From Heteronotia binoei (taxonomy: Eukaryota): a DNA stretch of 64,000 nt. The notes beneath the pieces were generated by a model. That model saw only the letters and a program-made list of their open reading frames with translations. It was not told where the DNA came from and ran no database searches. This document shows, in pieces, positions 27,001 to 41,484 of this stretch (the stretch's first letter is position 1; each line of letters starts with the position of its first letter). The DNA lies in assembly GCF_032191835.1 (NCBI RefSeq), contig NC_083235.1, forward strand, positions 21,018,001 to 21,082,000, given 5' to 3'. The translations under genes were made by a program, and so were the position numbers.

Positions 27001-28751
27001 ACTAAAAGCCAAAATGATTAAACTGAGGCTATTGAACTTTGGACACATCACGAGAAGACGAGATTCACTGGAAAAGAGGAAGACCCGAAATGAGATGGGC
27101 GGACTCAATTGAGGAAGCCACCAGGGCCCTTAGTTAGTAAGACCTGTGGAAGACTGTTAACAATAGAACATTTTGGAGGTCATTAATTCATAGGGTCACT
27201 ATGTTGGAAGCGACTTGGTTCACTTAACACACGTAGAGTGGGTAAGCAACAACCCCTTGAAACATTCCTCCTTGTAGCTATATAACTCATACAAGTTGGC
27301 AAGGGACAAAACAGAAAGGATTTTCATTTCTCCTTCTGACCACTGGGCTAGGAGATGTGGGTTTCAGGAGGACCAGATTATGGTTTTATGGTGTGCAAAG
27401 AAAAAAAAACCTCAAAAATAATCTGCTAAACAAGGTTGTTTCTTCCGGCTCTCTTCCCTGGCAGGTGGTTTCCAGTATATTCGTATGAGGAAAAACATCT
27501 ATTAGGAAAGTCAGGACAGTAATTAAGTGAGATGTTGGGATTCTTCCGCAAACATAGTTCAAAAATAAATCATTCCTTAATCAGCCCTTTGTAAGCATCT
27601 AAAGCAATCTTTTTTCCTGCTTGGAATCTGACACTTCCCAAGTTTAACTTTTGAGCAGTTTCTGTTGCTGGACCCATAAGAGGGCCTGGAGAAATAGGCT
27701 TCCAAAGGCAGCCTGTTTCTTTCTAAGTAGAACCTTAAGAGACCTACAATATTTCTAGTGTATAAGCTTTTGAGATGCAAAGTTCTCTTTGTCAGAGACC
27801 TGTATGCATACTAGACATAGACCTTAGAGACCAACACAGTTTTCAGGGTATATAGTAGGATCGACAACACTGGCATAGGAAATTCCTGGAGATTTGTGGG
27901 TGGAACCCTGGGAAGGGAGAGAACTCCCTTTTGTATAATGCCATAAGGTCCAGCCTCCAAAGTCCCCATTTTCACCAGGGGAACAGATCCACAAAGCCTG
28001 GAGATCAATTGAAATTCCAGGGGATCAGCAGGGCCTACCTGGAGGCTGGCATCCATAGGGTATAAGCCAGGGGTGGCCATCACGTAAGAGCCACATAGAA
28101 TAAATGTCAGATGTTTGAGAGTCGCAAGATATGAACATCAGATGTTTGAGAGCAGGCAGGAAGAGCAAATAGACAAGGAAGAGGTGGAAAGAAAGCAACT
28201 TTAAATGCATTTTCCTAGCCACTGGCTGACTTGGCAAAATAATTTAAAGAAATGCTTTCTCCCAGCCAACAGGGCAGTGGGGGCTTTTAGAGCTGCACAA
28301 TATGTGCAAAAGAGCCACATGTGGCTCCTGAATCACAGTTTGGCCACCCCAGCAATAAAGTTTTGACAGTCCCTGTCAGATTTGCAAAGGTTTCCTAAAG
28401 AGTAAACACAACTGTACTACTTTTTTCTTATTTTCTTAATAGTGCAACCACAGCATTATGGCGAGCCGATTCCTGAAAGCTTCTGCTAGAATAAAATTAA
28501 AGTTTCCCAGATGCTAATGGGCTTCTGTTTTGCTTTAAACCAGACTTATTTGTTTGATTGGTAACATCTAAAGAAAAGCAACCAGAGATTTTTTAAAAAA
28601 ATCTGAATTGTGGCAGTAGCAACTGAATATAAAATGGAAACATTATTTTCTCTGAAATCCTTATACCTTTTAAACAATTTTCTTTTGATTTATGTTTAAA
28701 GTGAAGAATGCAGTTCATACCCACAGACTTTTGAAGTTTAATGCTATACTC

Positions 28752-28888
28752 CAGGGGTGGCCAAAGGTAGCTCTACAGATGTTTTTTGCCTACTACTCCC
28801 ATCAGTCCCAGCCATTGGCTATGCTGGCTGGGGCTGATGGGAGTTGTAGGCAAAAAAACATCTGGAGAGCTACCGTTGGCCACCTCTG
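28752..28888. mobile_element. hAT-like MITE (family C; second copy ~53820-53955)
   Basis: CAGGGGTGGCCAA TIRs; perfect TSD CTATACTC (28744-51 / 28889-96). Confidence 0.85.
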
Positions 28889-29339
28889 CTATACTCCTTA
28901 ATAGTGCAACTACAGCATTATTGTAGATTCCTGAATGCTTCTGCTAAATGAATTTGAAGTTTCCCAGATGCTAACAGACTTTTAACCAGTCTTACTTGCT
29001 TGATTGTTATTACTATTACTACTGGGGACATATTATCAAATTCATAGATGCCATCTTTTCATCTCAGCAACATATCAAGAAAAGCGATCAGATTTTTTTT
29101 TTAAATCAGAATCGTGGCAGCAGCAACTGAATACAAAATGGAAACATGATCTACTTCGGTATTCTTGTACCTTTTAAACAAGCTCTTTTGATTTATGTTT
29201 AAAGTCAAAAATGCAGTTCATACCCACAGGTTTAAGTGTAATGCTACATTTTTAGAGGGACGAAAGGTAGGCGGAGTAACTTATCTGTTGCTAACCTGTC
29301 AGTAAAAGATCCCCCAGCTCTTTCTTTGAAGTGGTGGGT

Positions 29340-29355
29340 GGCTCTGAAAAGAGCC
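29340..29355 (-). terminator. Histone 3' stem-loop of H2A copy 2
   Basis: Minus strand GGCTCTTTTCAGAGCC then ACCCA; AAAGAAAGAGCTG HDE. Confidence 0.97.
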
Positions 29356-29391
29356 TTTGGGGGTTTGCTCCGGCGGGAGAAAAAGGCGCCT

Positions 29392-30348
<957 letters not shown>

Positions 30349-30675
30349 CTAGTGGACACAGGCTGGCAGTAGCTAGGCCCCGGCTTGTGGTTCTTTTAAT
30401 CTGCTAAGGGACATTTTCATGATTTTGCATGCTGATTCACTGCCCACTTTCTTTATATTTATAACTGCTTGCCATTCCATCCTACTGTCTGATGAAGTGT
30501 GCTTAGAGCACAGGAAAGTTTCCATTCTGAATAAAACTTTGTTGGTCTTAAAGGTGCAACTTGACTGCTTTGTTCTACTGCAATCATAAGTAGATCCCAG
30601 TAGGCAGCTGTGTTGGTCTGAAGCAACAGAGCAAAGCAGTAGAGAAGTGCACCTTTAAGATTCTAAATAAAACTT

Positions 30676-32131
30676 TGTTGTTCAGTCGCACAGTCGATTC
30701 CAACTCTTTGCGACCCCATGGACAAAGTCATGCCAGGCCCTCCTGTCTTCCACCATCCTCCGAAGTCTGCTCAAATTTGTGTTTGTTACATCAGTAACAC
30801 TGTCCAGCCATCTCATCTTTTGCCGTCCCCTTCTTCTTTTGCTCTCTGCCTTTCCTAGCATCAGGATCTTCTCCAGGGAAAGCTCCCTTCTCATTTGGTG
30901 GCCAAAGTATTTCAGCATCAGCTTCAGCATCTGACCTTCCAGTGAACAGTCTGGGTTGATTTCCCTTAGGACTGACTGATTTGATCTTCTTGCAGTCCAA
31001 GGGTCTCTCAAGAGTCCTCTCCAGCACCTCATCTCAAAAGCATCTATTCTTCGGTGCTCAGCCTTCCTTATGGTCCAGCTCTCAAAGCCATACATTACTA
31101 CTGGGAATACCATCGCTTTGACTATACGGACTTTTGTTGGCAGCGTGATGTCTCTACTTTTTATTATACTGCCCATAGCTGTCCTCCCAAGGAGCAAATG
31201 TCTTTTAATTTCATGGCTACAGTCACCATCTGCAGTGATTTTGGATCCCAGAAATGTGAAGTCTGTCACTACTTCCATCTCTTCCCCTTCTATTTGCCAA
31301 GGTGTGATGGTGCCAGATGCCATGATCTTAGTTTTTTTGATGTTGAGTTTCAAGCCTACTTTTGTGCTCTCCTCTTTCATCCTCAACAAGAGGTTCTTTA
31401 GGTTCTCCTCACTTTCTGCCATTAGAGTAGTGTCATCTGCATATCTGAGGTTGTTGATGTTTTTTCCCGGCAATCTTAATTCCGACTTGTGTTTCATCCA
31501 GGCCAGCATTCCGTATGATGTACTCTGCATATAAATTAAATAAGCAGGATGACAATATACATCCTTGTCGAACTCCTTTTCCTATTCTAAACCAATCAGT
31601 TGTTCCATATTCTGTTCTGACAGTTGCTTCTTGGCCCTTATACAGGTTTCTCAGGAGACACGTGAGGTGGTCTGGTACTCCCATTTCTTTAAGGATTTGC
31701 CACAGTTTGTTGCGATCCACACAATCAAAGGCTTTAGCATATTCAATGAAGCAGAATTTTTCTGATACTCCCATGCTTTCTCCGTAATCCATTGAATGTT
31801 GGCAATTTGATCTCTAGTTTCTCGACCTCTCCAAAACCCAACTTGAACTTCTGGTAGTTCCCGATCTACATACTGCTGAAGCCTAGCTTGTAGGATCTTT
31901 AACATGACCTTTCTGGCATGTGAAATGAGTGCAATGGTGCAATAGTTTGAACATTCCTTGGCATTACCCTTCTTTGGGATGGGAATATAAACTGACCTTT
32001 TCCAATCCTGTGGCCACTGTTGTGTTTTCCAAATTTGTTGACATAATGTGTTCATCACTTTAACAGCATCATCTTTTAGGACTTTGAATAGCTCAACTGG
32101 GATGCCATCATCTCCACTCGCTTTGTTGTTA
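30676..32131 (-). mobile_element. RTE/BovB LINE, 5'-truncated, inserted into a Penelope-like repeat
   Basis: NINNLRYADDTTLMAESE, EVVTDFTFLGSKITADGDCSHEIKR and LTCLLRNLY motifs across frameshifted ORFs; AATAAAACTT flanks both ends. Confidence 0.92.
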
Positions 32132-33747
32132 GAATAAAACTTAGTTGGTTTTAAAGGTGCACTTGTCTACTGCTTTGTTCTATTGCAATCATAAGTGTTT
32201 CCTTTTTACACATAAACGTTTCTTTGGTGGTTGCAGAAAGAGGGCTTTGGATTGGTGGTGGTAAAAAGGCATCTGGGTTTTTTTGTTGTTTTTTTTGCAC
32301 ACTGAAAAAAATCCCAGGTCTGGCTCTGACCTGGGTAGCCCAGGCAAGACCCATCTTGTCGAATGTCAGAAGCTATGCTGGGCTGATCCTGGCACGTACA
32401 TGGATGAGGGAAAACCTTCAAGGAATGCTGGGGTCGGGATGCAGAGGTTGTATCAAGTCACCTCTCTGAAAATGTCCGGGCCCCAGTAGGTGTTCCCAGA
32501 AGTCGCCATGACTTCCAGGCATGCAAGAGTGTGTATACGTGTGCACGCACACACACTTTTAAAGAAGTTCCATGTCCAATCCTGCAGTTGTAAAGATCAG
32601 AAGAAGAAGACTGCAGATTTATACCCCGCCCTTCTCTCTGAATCAGAGACTCAGAGAGGCTTACAATCTCCTATATCTTCTCCCCCCACAACAGCTACCA
32701 TGTGAGGTGGGTGGGGCCAAGAGGGCTCTCACAACAGCTGCCCTTTCAAGGGTTATGGCTGACCCAAGGCCATTCCAACAGCTGCAAATGGAGGAGTGGG
32801 GAATCAAACCTGGTTCTCCCAGATAGAGTCTGCACACTTAACCACTACAACAAACTGGTTCTCTCTCACTGCGTGAAAAGTGGTGTTGCCAACTACCTGG
32901 AGGAGAAGGGAAATGTCCTGTCTATGTCATTTTCTTTTATTGGGATGTAAGATATTATTTACCTCCGTGCATGAAAAGCCTACCCCTGCCTATTTTCAAA
33001 CATGAAACTTCTATTCAAAGGATTGACTGCGTTTTCTCCAGATGGTTGGCAACCCTAGTGAGAGACCAGTTGTGGGACTCAGTTTCCTATGTGAAGAGTG
33101 CATTCCATTCCATCAAGTACATCTAGATTTACAGCATCCCCTGGAATGGGGCTTTCAAGTCAAGAGAGAAGCAGAGGTGGTTTGCCATTGCCTTGCTTCT
33201 TAGAGCCTTCATCAGTGGTCTCATACTGATCCTGATCAGTTTCCAAAGTCTGACATGGTTGAGCTACAGGTAGCCAGCATAGTGCCCGCGAGTGCCATGG
33301 TACCTGGCTGCACATTTCCTGCTGCCTGCCAAGTGTTTTTGGAAAACATGATGTGGCTTTTGTCCAGGAAAGCTTCTGATTGGCCATTTGAGATATGATT
33401 GACTTGGCAGGTATTTTTAAACATTCTTTTGGCAGCAGCTGCTACTGTAACACAACAAATCTTCATTGTGTAACTGACGGTAAGCTGCAGCAGCCATTTT
33501 GTGACTGGCTCTGTCCCCTGAGGTAGCCTGGTTGTGGCATCTGTTTTCTGGTTGCGCCCACCATGTGGTGCCAGAATTCCAAAGGTGCCCATGGGCTCAG
33601 AAAGGTTGAGACCCCACCCCCCGGGCTACAGAATGCCTCTTACCTTCCAGAACAATATATGAGCGAGAGCAAAAATAGTCCTGGGTGCATTTCAAAAGCT
33701 AGTGTAACTTTTAATTGTAGAAAATTGCTTGGACTAGCGCCCACTTA

Positions 33748-34055
33748 GGTAAAGGTAAAAAGGTAGTCCCCTGTGCAAGCACCAGTCGTTTCTGACTTTG
33801 GGGTGACGTTGCTTTCACATTTTCATGGCAGACTATTTTACAGGGTGGTTTGCCATTGCCTTCCCCAGCCATCTACACTTTCCCCCCAGCAAGCTGGGTA
33901 CTCATTTTACTGACCTCGGAAGGATGAAAGGCTGAGTCAACCTCGAGCCGGCTAACTGAAAACCCAGCTGCCGCCGGGATCGAACTCAGGTCGTGAGCAA
34001 AGCTTAAGACTGCAGTACTGCAGCTTTACCACTCTGCGCCACAGGGCTCTTTAGA
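33748..34055 (-). mobile_element. Sauria SINE
   Basis: Full-length reverse copy; TSD GCCCACTTA (33739-47 / 34056-64). Other copies ~39500-39795(-), 47192-47443(-; TSD TATTTCTGTATTA), 49169-49465(+), 51525-51715(-), 57310-57725(-). Confidence 0.88.
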
Positions 34056-34744
34056 GCCCACTTAACCACTTCACCAAACTACTAAATCATTAGATGTCAC
34101 TTTTAAGGCAGGGTTCCATTGGAGTGTAACAGACTTTAGTAAACTCTAGAATTAGGAAAAGGGTTACATTACACTGTTTCTTTCTGTCAACTAGTCTTCT
34201 GCCGGGAGTAGATTGTGATGCAACAATCCCCAGCTAAGTAAATTGTTTCTGATGAATTTGTGTCTGGGAACTGCTGCGTTGCATTGGCGTATTATGCTAG
34301 TCCCTGCCAGGCTCATCGGAGTCTCAAGGACCCAACTTGGGACACAGAGACAATGGGAAGCAGGATCCAAATCCTTGCATCTTTGGGCCAATCACTAGTC
34401 CCCCTTCCGGTTTGAACGGTCCAATGGTGCATTAGCACAGGAACTTGAACTGCATATAGTTGGCCCAATTCTCAGTGCTAAATCTCATTCCTACCATGCT
34501 GCAATTGCTAATAAAGAAGTCTGATCACTATGCTGAGCGTCTCCATGTGATAACACTGGTGACCAGGGGTGGAATTCTAGTGGGAGCTCTTTTGCATATT
34601 AGGCCACACACCCCTGATGTAGCCAATCCTCCAAGAACTTACAAAAAAGAACCTTGTAAGCTCTTGGAAGATTGTCTACATCAGGGTGTGTGGCCTAATA
34701 TGCAAAGGAGCTCCTGCTAGAATTCCACCTCTGCTGGTGATCCT

Positions 34745-34965
34745 GTTGAATGAGGCCCTGGTTCTAGGCACCGCATCACTGCTTAAGCCTCCATATGCAC
34801 CACGCATCGCAACACCGCTGAATGGAACCATGGCTGCTGCTCTAGGAATCCTCCCTGAATTTGATGCCACAAGAATCTGTCGCCGACTACCTGGCCACGC
34901 TACGAGAGCTTGGGGCTAAGTACGAGTTCCAGCACTTGGAGGAGGTCTTGCTCGATCATCTCTAA
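34745..34965 (+). mobile_element. Degenerate Ty3/Gypsy-type gag remnant
   Basis: The frame starting at 34870 reads QESVADYLATLRELGAKYEFQHLEEVLLDHL*, resembling the retrotransposon gag ESVxDYxxxLRxL...CEF...LEExLxDxL motif. Confidence 0.55.
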
Positions 34966-35469
34966 TATGAGAGAGTGCATCGCAAGATCACAGAGTTGGA
35001 TGGCCCAACACTCCAGAATGCAGGAGGCTGAATTTGGTTCCTTATTCGCAGCTCCTTATTCATTCCTTATTCGTGAATTCAACCAAAAACACTGAAGAGA
35101 GTCTGAAAGCTCTGAACCCCAAAATAAGGTCTGGATCCCCATATATCATATACCCCCTTGTTCAGGGGACTCTGCCCTTTGAGAAGACATGTGCTGCCTC
35201 ACGGTCCAATGAGCGGTTCTTGTGCCAGCTGATCCAAAGCAAGGTGCCTCCAGGACACTCAAACCAGGCAGTACTGCATGTCTTCTTGCAGGGGACAGTG
35301 TCCAGAGCGTGGGCATGTTTCACTTGGGGTGATCCAAAACACTGTTTTGGGGTACAGCCTGTCCCCAGTGTCTGTTTGAGTGTCCTGGGGGCACCTTGCT
35401 CTGGAACAGCTGGCATGAGAACCATTCTTTGGATCAGGAACCAGCACATGTCCTCTTGAGGGGCAGAGT

Positions 35470-35880
35470 CCCTGGAACAATATGCTGTGGCTAACAGCCA
35501 CTGATGGATCTTTGCTCCATATGTTTATCCAATCCCCTCTTTAAAACTGTCTATGCTTGCAGCCGCTGCCACCTCCTGTGGCAGTGAATTCCATGTATTA
35601 ATCACCCTTTGGCTGAAGAAGTACTTCCTTTTATCTGTTCTAACCCGACTGCTCAACAATTTCATTGAATGTCCACAAGTTCTCGTATGGTGAGAAAAGG
35701 AGAGAAGTACTTTTTTCTCCAGCTTCTCTATCCCATGCATAATCTTGTAAATCTCTATTATGTCACTTCTCAGTCGACGTTTCTCCAAGCTAAAGAGCCC
35801 CAAGCGTTTTAACCTTTCTTCATAGGGAGTGTTCCGACCCTTTAATCATTCTAGTGGCCCTTTTCTACACTTTTTCATGA
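35470..35880 (-). mobile_element. CR1 LINE 3' fragment
   Basis: ORF 35525-35803 reads LFSLEKRRLRSDIIEIYKIMHGIEK...NTWNSLPQEV. Confidence 0.9.
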
Positions 35881-36705
35881 AAAAGGAACTAGGAAATAAA
35901 TAGGGAAAGGGGAACCAGCTTCTCAGCCTTGTGATGCTGGACTGAATGGACTGCTGGTGTGATGATCCAGCATGGCCTTTCTTATGCACCCCACTTTGGC
36001 AAAGGGGATCTTATGCATTTAGAAGCTCTGCCAACGAGTTATCCCCTCCTCCCCAAATACATTCCATAATGTGTATACTCACATTTGTGTTTCAGATTCC
36101 TAGATGTTTCTCCCCATCCTTTGAGTAATGGTTATCTATTGGATCCCCCCCAGAAACTAATCAGCACAAACTCAAATACTGAATCTGACCTGTAAAATCT
36201 GATGCAGTACAACCAGGGGACTGATTTTCGAAACTAACAAAGCAGGCCAAAAAATTTAGTGTTCCCCTATGCAGTTCCAAGACAGATACAAAACAAGTTA
36301 TTCCTAATATAAAATCGCCTTCATAATTTGATAGCAGACTGAGGGGGGGATTAATAATTATATGGGGGTTCCCCCCCCCCGAGTTAATTTCATTGTAATC
36401 GGACAGTCTATTCTAGTTTTTCTTATCTAGAGCAACCCAAACGCCAAACTAGCTGCGACTGATGGGGGAGGGGGGGGGGAGAGAAAAGGCGGCAACGTTC
36501 TCTCTTTCAATTACATTCCAACAAGCATAGTCATCGCTCTTTTTGAAACAGTCTCAGCTTTCATTGGACAAAACTGGCTCTTTATGGCGTCATAGAAGGG
36601 CGGGCCGTTGTGTACCCCGCCCCCACACTTCACTCTCACAGTTTTCCTTCTGGTCGGGCAGCGGAAAATATAAAAGCAAGCTGCCAAGCTGAACTGCATT
36701 CGTAG

Positions 36706-37038
<333 letters not shown>

Positions 37039-37066
37039 ATTCTTCCGCTCCAACATAAAACACAAC

Positions 37067-37082
37067 GGCCCTTTTAAGGGCC
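37067..37082 (+). terminator. Histone 3' stem-loop of H4 copy 2
   Basis: GGCCCTTTTAAGGGCC then ACCCA; AAAAGAGCTG HDE. Confidence 0.97.
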
Positions 37083-37836
37083 ACCCACTTCTCCAAGAAA
37101 AGAGCTGTCTTTACTTTGTATTACAAAGTTGTTTTTCTTTACATGTATCTCTTAAATATATATAATACCCGGATGCAGCTGGTAAGAAAATGAAACTAAC
37201 CCATTTGAAAGGTGCAAAGATACCCTTCGCTGTTCTATTAGATGCAGGTTGCAAAGCTCAAGTGCTGTTTTATCCCACGAAGATGCAGGTAATGTTACCC
37301 AAGCAAAACACTCTGGCGCTCTCTCTAGTCATATGCTTGGCTAAAAGGTTTAATGGAGACTATTCAATCTATGGCTATAGGACTCCTTCAATCGCATGTG
37401 TCACTGCCGTGAACTTGCGCTCCGGAACTGATTTGCTCTGCCGGTTATGTGCATGTTTTGTGGAATCTTATCCCTCCCCCCACGCAAACATTATAGATTG
37501 TGTTCCCTTGCACTCCAAATATACTGGCATTCCCATTCAACTAGTACTATGTGCATGTCTCCTCCCTTCGCACGCACACAGGTTTACAGAATTGGTGTTT
37601 TTGTGCAAGCTGTAACCAGCATAGGACGCCTCACGACAACCTTGTAATAGTGACCAGTGATAATTACTGAGAATGCGCTAGCCACATGCTCAACACAAAC
37701 TCACTTAGAATTTTTAATTCCTGGTGCTAGATACGACGATTTTTTGACTGCCCTTTCCCCTTATTTCTGGGGACTGTTCATCTCCCCCCCGCTCTAGTTG
37801 CACGAAGATTTCAGCCCTTTTTTTGGAAATATGGGT

Positions 37837-37852
37837 GGCTCTTAAAAGAGCC
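37837..37852 (-). terminator. Histone 3' stem-loop of H2A copy 3
   Basis: Minus strand GGCTCTTTTAAGAGCC then ACCCA; AAAAAAAGGGCTG HDE. Confidence 0.97.
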
Positions 37853-37906
37853 TTTTGTTTCACACGGATGTTTTTTTCCAAGGGGAAAGCGAGGAGAGTC
37901 GCTTCC

Positions 37907-39105
<1,199 letters not shown>

Positions 39106-39153
39106 GCGGAGCCGGCGCTGCTTGAGGAAGGAAGCTTCAGAATCTCCCCAAAA

Positions 39154-39169
39154 GGCTCTTTTCAGAGCC
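39154..39169 (+). terminator. Histone 3' stem-loop of H2B copy 2
   Basis: GGCTCTTTTCAGAGCC then ACCCA; AAAAGAGCT HDE at about 39185. Confidence 0.97.
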
Positions 39170-39899
39170 ACCCACTTTTTCATGAAAAGAGCTCCCGTCA
39201 CTTGATACTTTTCGGCTGTTGGGGGAAGGGGGTGGCTGGAACTGCGGCGCTGGCTCGCCCCGCAGTCGCCCAGCGCTCCCGGAGCTTAGCAGGCGAACGA
39301 CTGAATAAAACTAACGCAAACCGGCTTTTTGTTTCATACTGCACCAGGCTTTTCCATGAGTTTCTTTTAGCATTGCTAGTGGCTTTTTAAGCGTAGGTGG
39401 GAGATTTGAGAATTAAACTTTTCGATCCAGAAATCGATTTCTCGGGGGGGGGGGGAGAATGAAAGCCGCGAGTGAATCGGGCTAGGTGTAAACTACCCTT
39501 TAAAAAGGTAAAGGTGTAGTCCCCTGTACAAGCACCAGTCGTTTCCGACTCTGGGATGTTGCTTTCACAACGTTTTCAGGGCAGACTTAACGGGGTGGTT
39601 TGCCATTGCCTTCCCCAGTCATCTACACTTTCCCCTCAGCAAGCTGGGGACTCATTTGACCGACCTCGGAAGGCTGAGTCAACCTGGAGTCGGCTACCTG
39701 AACCCAGCTCCGCCGGGATCGAACTCAGGTCGTGAGTTGAGAGCTTAGACGGCAGTACTGGCTCAGATTCCACTCTGCGCCACGGGGCTCTTCTCAACTG
39801 TCCTCAGGTTAGCAATAAAACCCAGGCAGTTCATCTGACAAAGTTCCGGTTAGGAAGCCAGGCCGACCCCTTGTAGCCTTGTAGAAGCGCTTAATGCCT

Positions 39900-40370
39900 A
39901 CTGGGCGCCCAGGCGTGGATGGCCCGGGCTACCAGCTAACCCGATCTGGGAAGCCAAGCAGGGTCAGCCCTGGTCTGTACGTGGGTGGAAGACCACCCAG
40001 GAAGTCGAGGGTCAGCGGGCCGGTCGGGTCTCCGCCCTGTCCTGGATGGGTCAGGCTAGCCCAAATCTTGCCAGACCTCAGAAGCTAAGCTGGGTCAGAC
40101 CTGGTTAGTAATTAGATGAGAGACCCTCAAGGAAGTCCAGGGTGCTTACCTGGTGCCAGGCAGGGTTAAATCTGGTTAGTAATTAGATGAGGCTGCCAGG
40201 CAATCTTAGGGTCTCCTGCTTTACACCGCACACAATGCCATTACCATAATAATTATTAGAGACGTCAAGGAAGTCCAGGGTAGTTAGGTCGTGCCAGACA
40301 ATGGTAAACCACCTCTGAACGTCTCTTGCCTTGGAAACCTTACGGGCTCGCCATCGGCTGCGATTTAAGG
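39900..40370 (+). mobile_element. Tandem 5S-derived SINE heads with one RTE-like tail
   Basis: GAAGCCAAGCAGGGTCAGCC (~39953) and GAAGCTAAGCTGGGTCAGACCTGGTTAGTA (~40082); partial third unit (~40170); tail AATGGTAAACCACCTCTGAACGTCTCTTGCCTTGGAAACC. Confidence 0.65.
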
Positions 40371-41350
40371 CACTTTCCACCCCATGCCTATTTGGAAGTT
40401 AATCCCTTAGCTCCCGCAACCTTAGAATGCCTTTAACTACAAACCTGGAACATGCCAGAATTATTAAAGACAAGAGCCGGGCTGTGCAGGTATCCCATTG
40501 GCTAGCCAACTCCCGCACCATAATCGGCTCATGCCCCAGTGTTATGACAATGAGCATTGGCATAAAGAGACGCCGACGCGTCAGGCTCAGATTCTCTGAT
40601 CCGTCGTTACAAGGTTTGTTTCCTTGCGATCCGGAAACTGCGGATTAAAGTGTAATGTATTTCTGATGGGGGGGGACAAGCGGGGCGGGGTAGGTAAATA
40701 GGAGAGACTAGGTAGCAGCTGTAAACTGCGTTCGTTTTTTGGAAATAATAATGGTTATTAGGAAAACTCCGGGGGTGTTTTGCGGCGTCTTCGAATGCTT
40801 CCCTTCACTGCCACCTAGCGACCATATCTGGTAATTCACAAGGAATCGAAATTTGGGCCGCAGCAGCTCTTGTTACAGGGGTTGGGTTTTGGTTTTCTAC
40901 CCAGATCCTTACGCTCTGCCATGTCCCTTATCTGATACTACATTAGACCTGACTGTGTCCATGAACAGCGGTATGCAGGTAATTTCCTTCTGATCTTCTT
41001 TTTTGGTGTGGATTTTTTTTTTCCTGATGCTATAAGAGGCATCCCATTTGAGGAAGTAGAGCTTCCCCAAACCACCTGGATCATCTTTCTGCTGTCAAAA
41101 TGGCCTTGAGGCAAAGATCTGGCAGCTTGAAGTTTCGTTTTTCTATCTTTTGAAATGCTTGCATCTTTCTCTCCCCTCGCCTCAGCAGGTTTCAAAGGCA
41201 GGTTTCCAGTTTCCACAATAAATAACAATCCATCACAATGACCAGCAACCATATTAGCCCTCTAAAATAAAAAACAAAATGCAGAAACTGTAACAGCAGC
41301 ATAAGAGATATTGGTGTCTTGATACCAATGCACACTCCTAAGAACTGTTT

Positions 41351-41449
41351 AACATAAGAACATAAGAGAAGCCATGTTGGATCAGGCCAATGGCCCATCC
41401 AGTCCAACACTCTGTGTCTCACAGTGGCCAAATATGTGTGTGTGTGCAT

Positions 41450-41484
<35 letters not shown>

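Noticed and set aside
39900-40150. Possible 5S rRNA genes
   Set aside because: Too diverged from the highly conserved 5S sequence, no oligo-T terminator, and joined to RTE-like tails.
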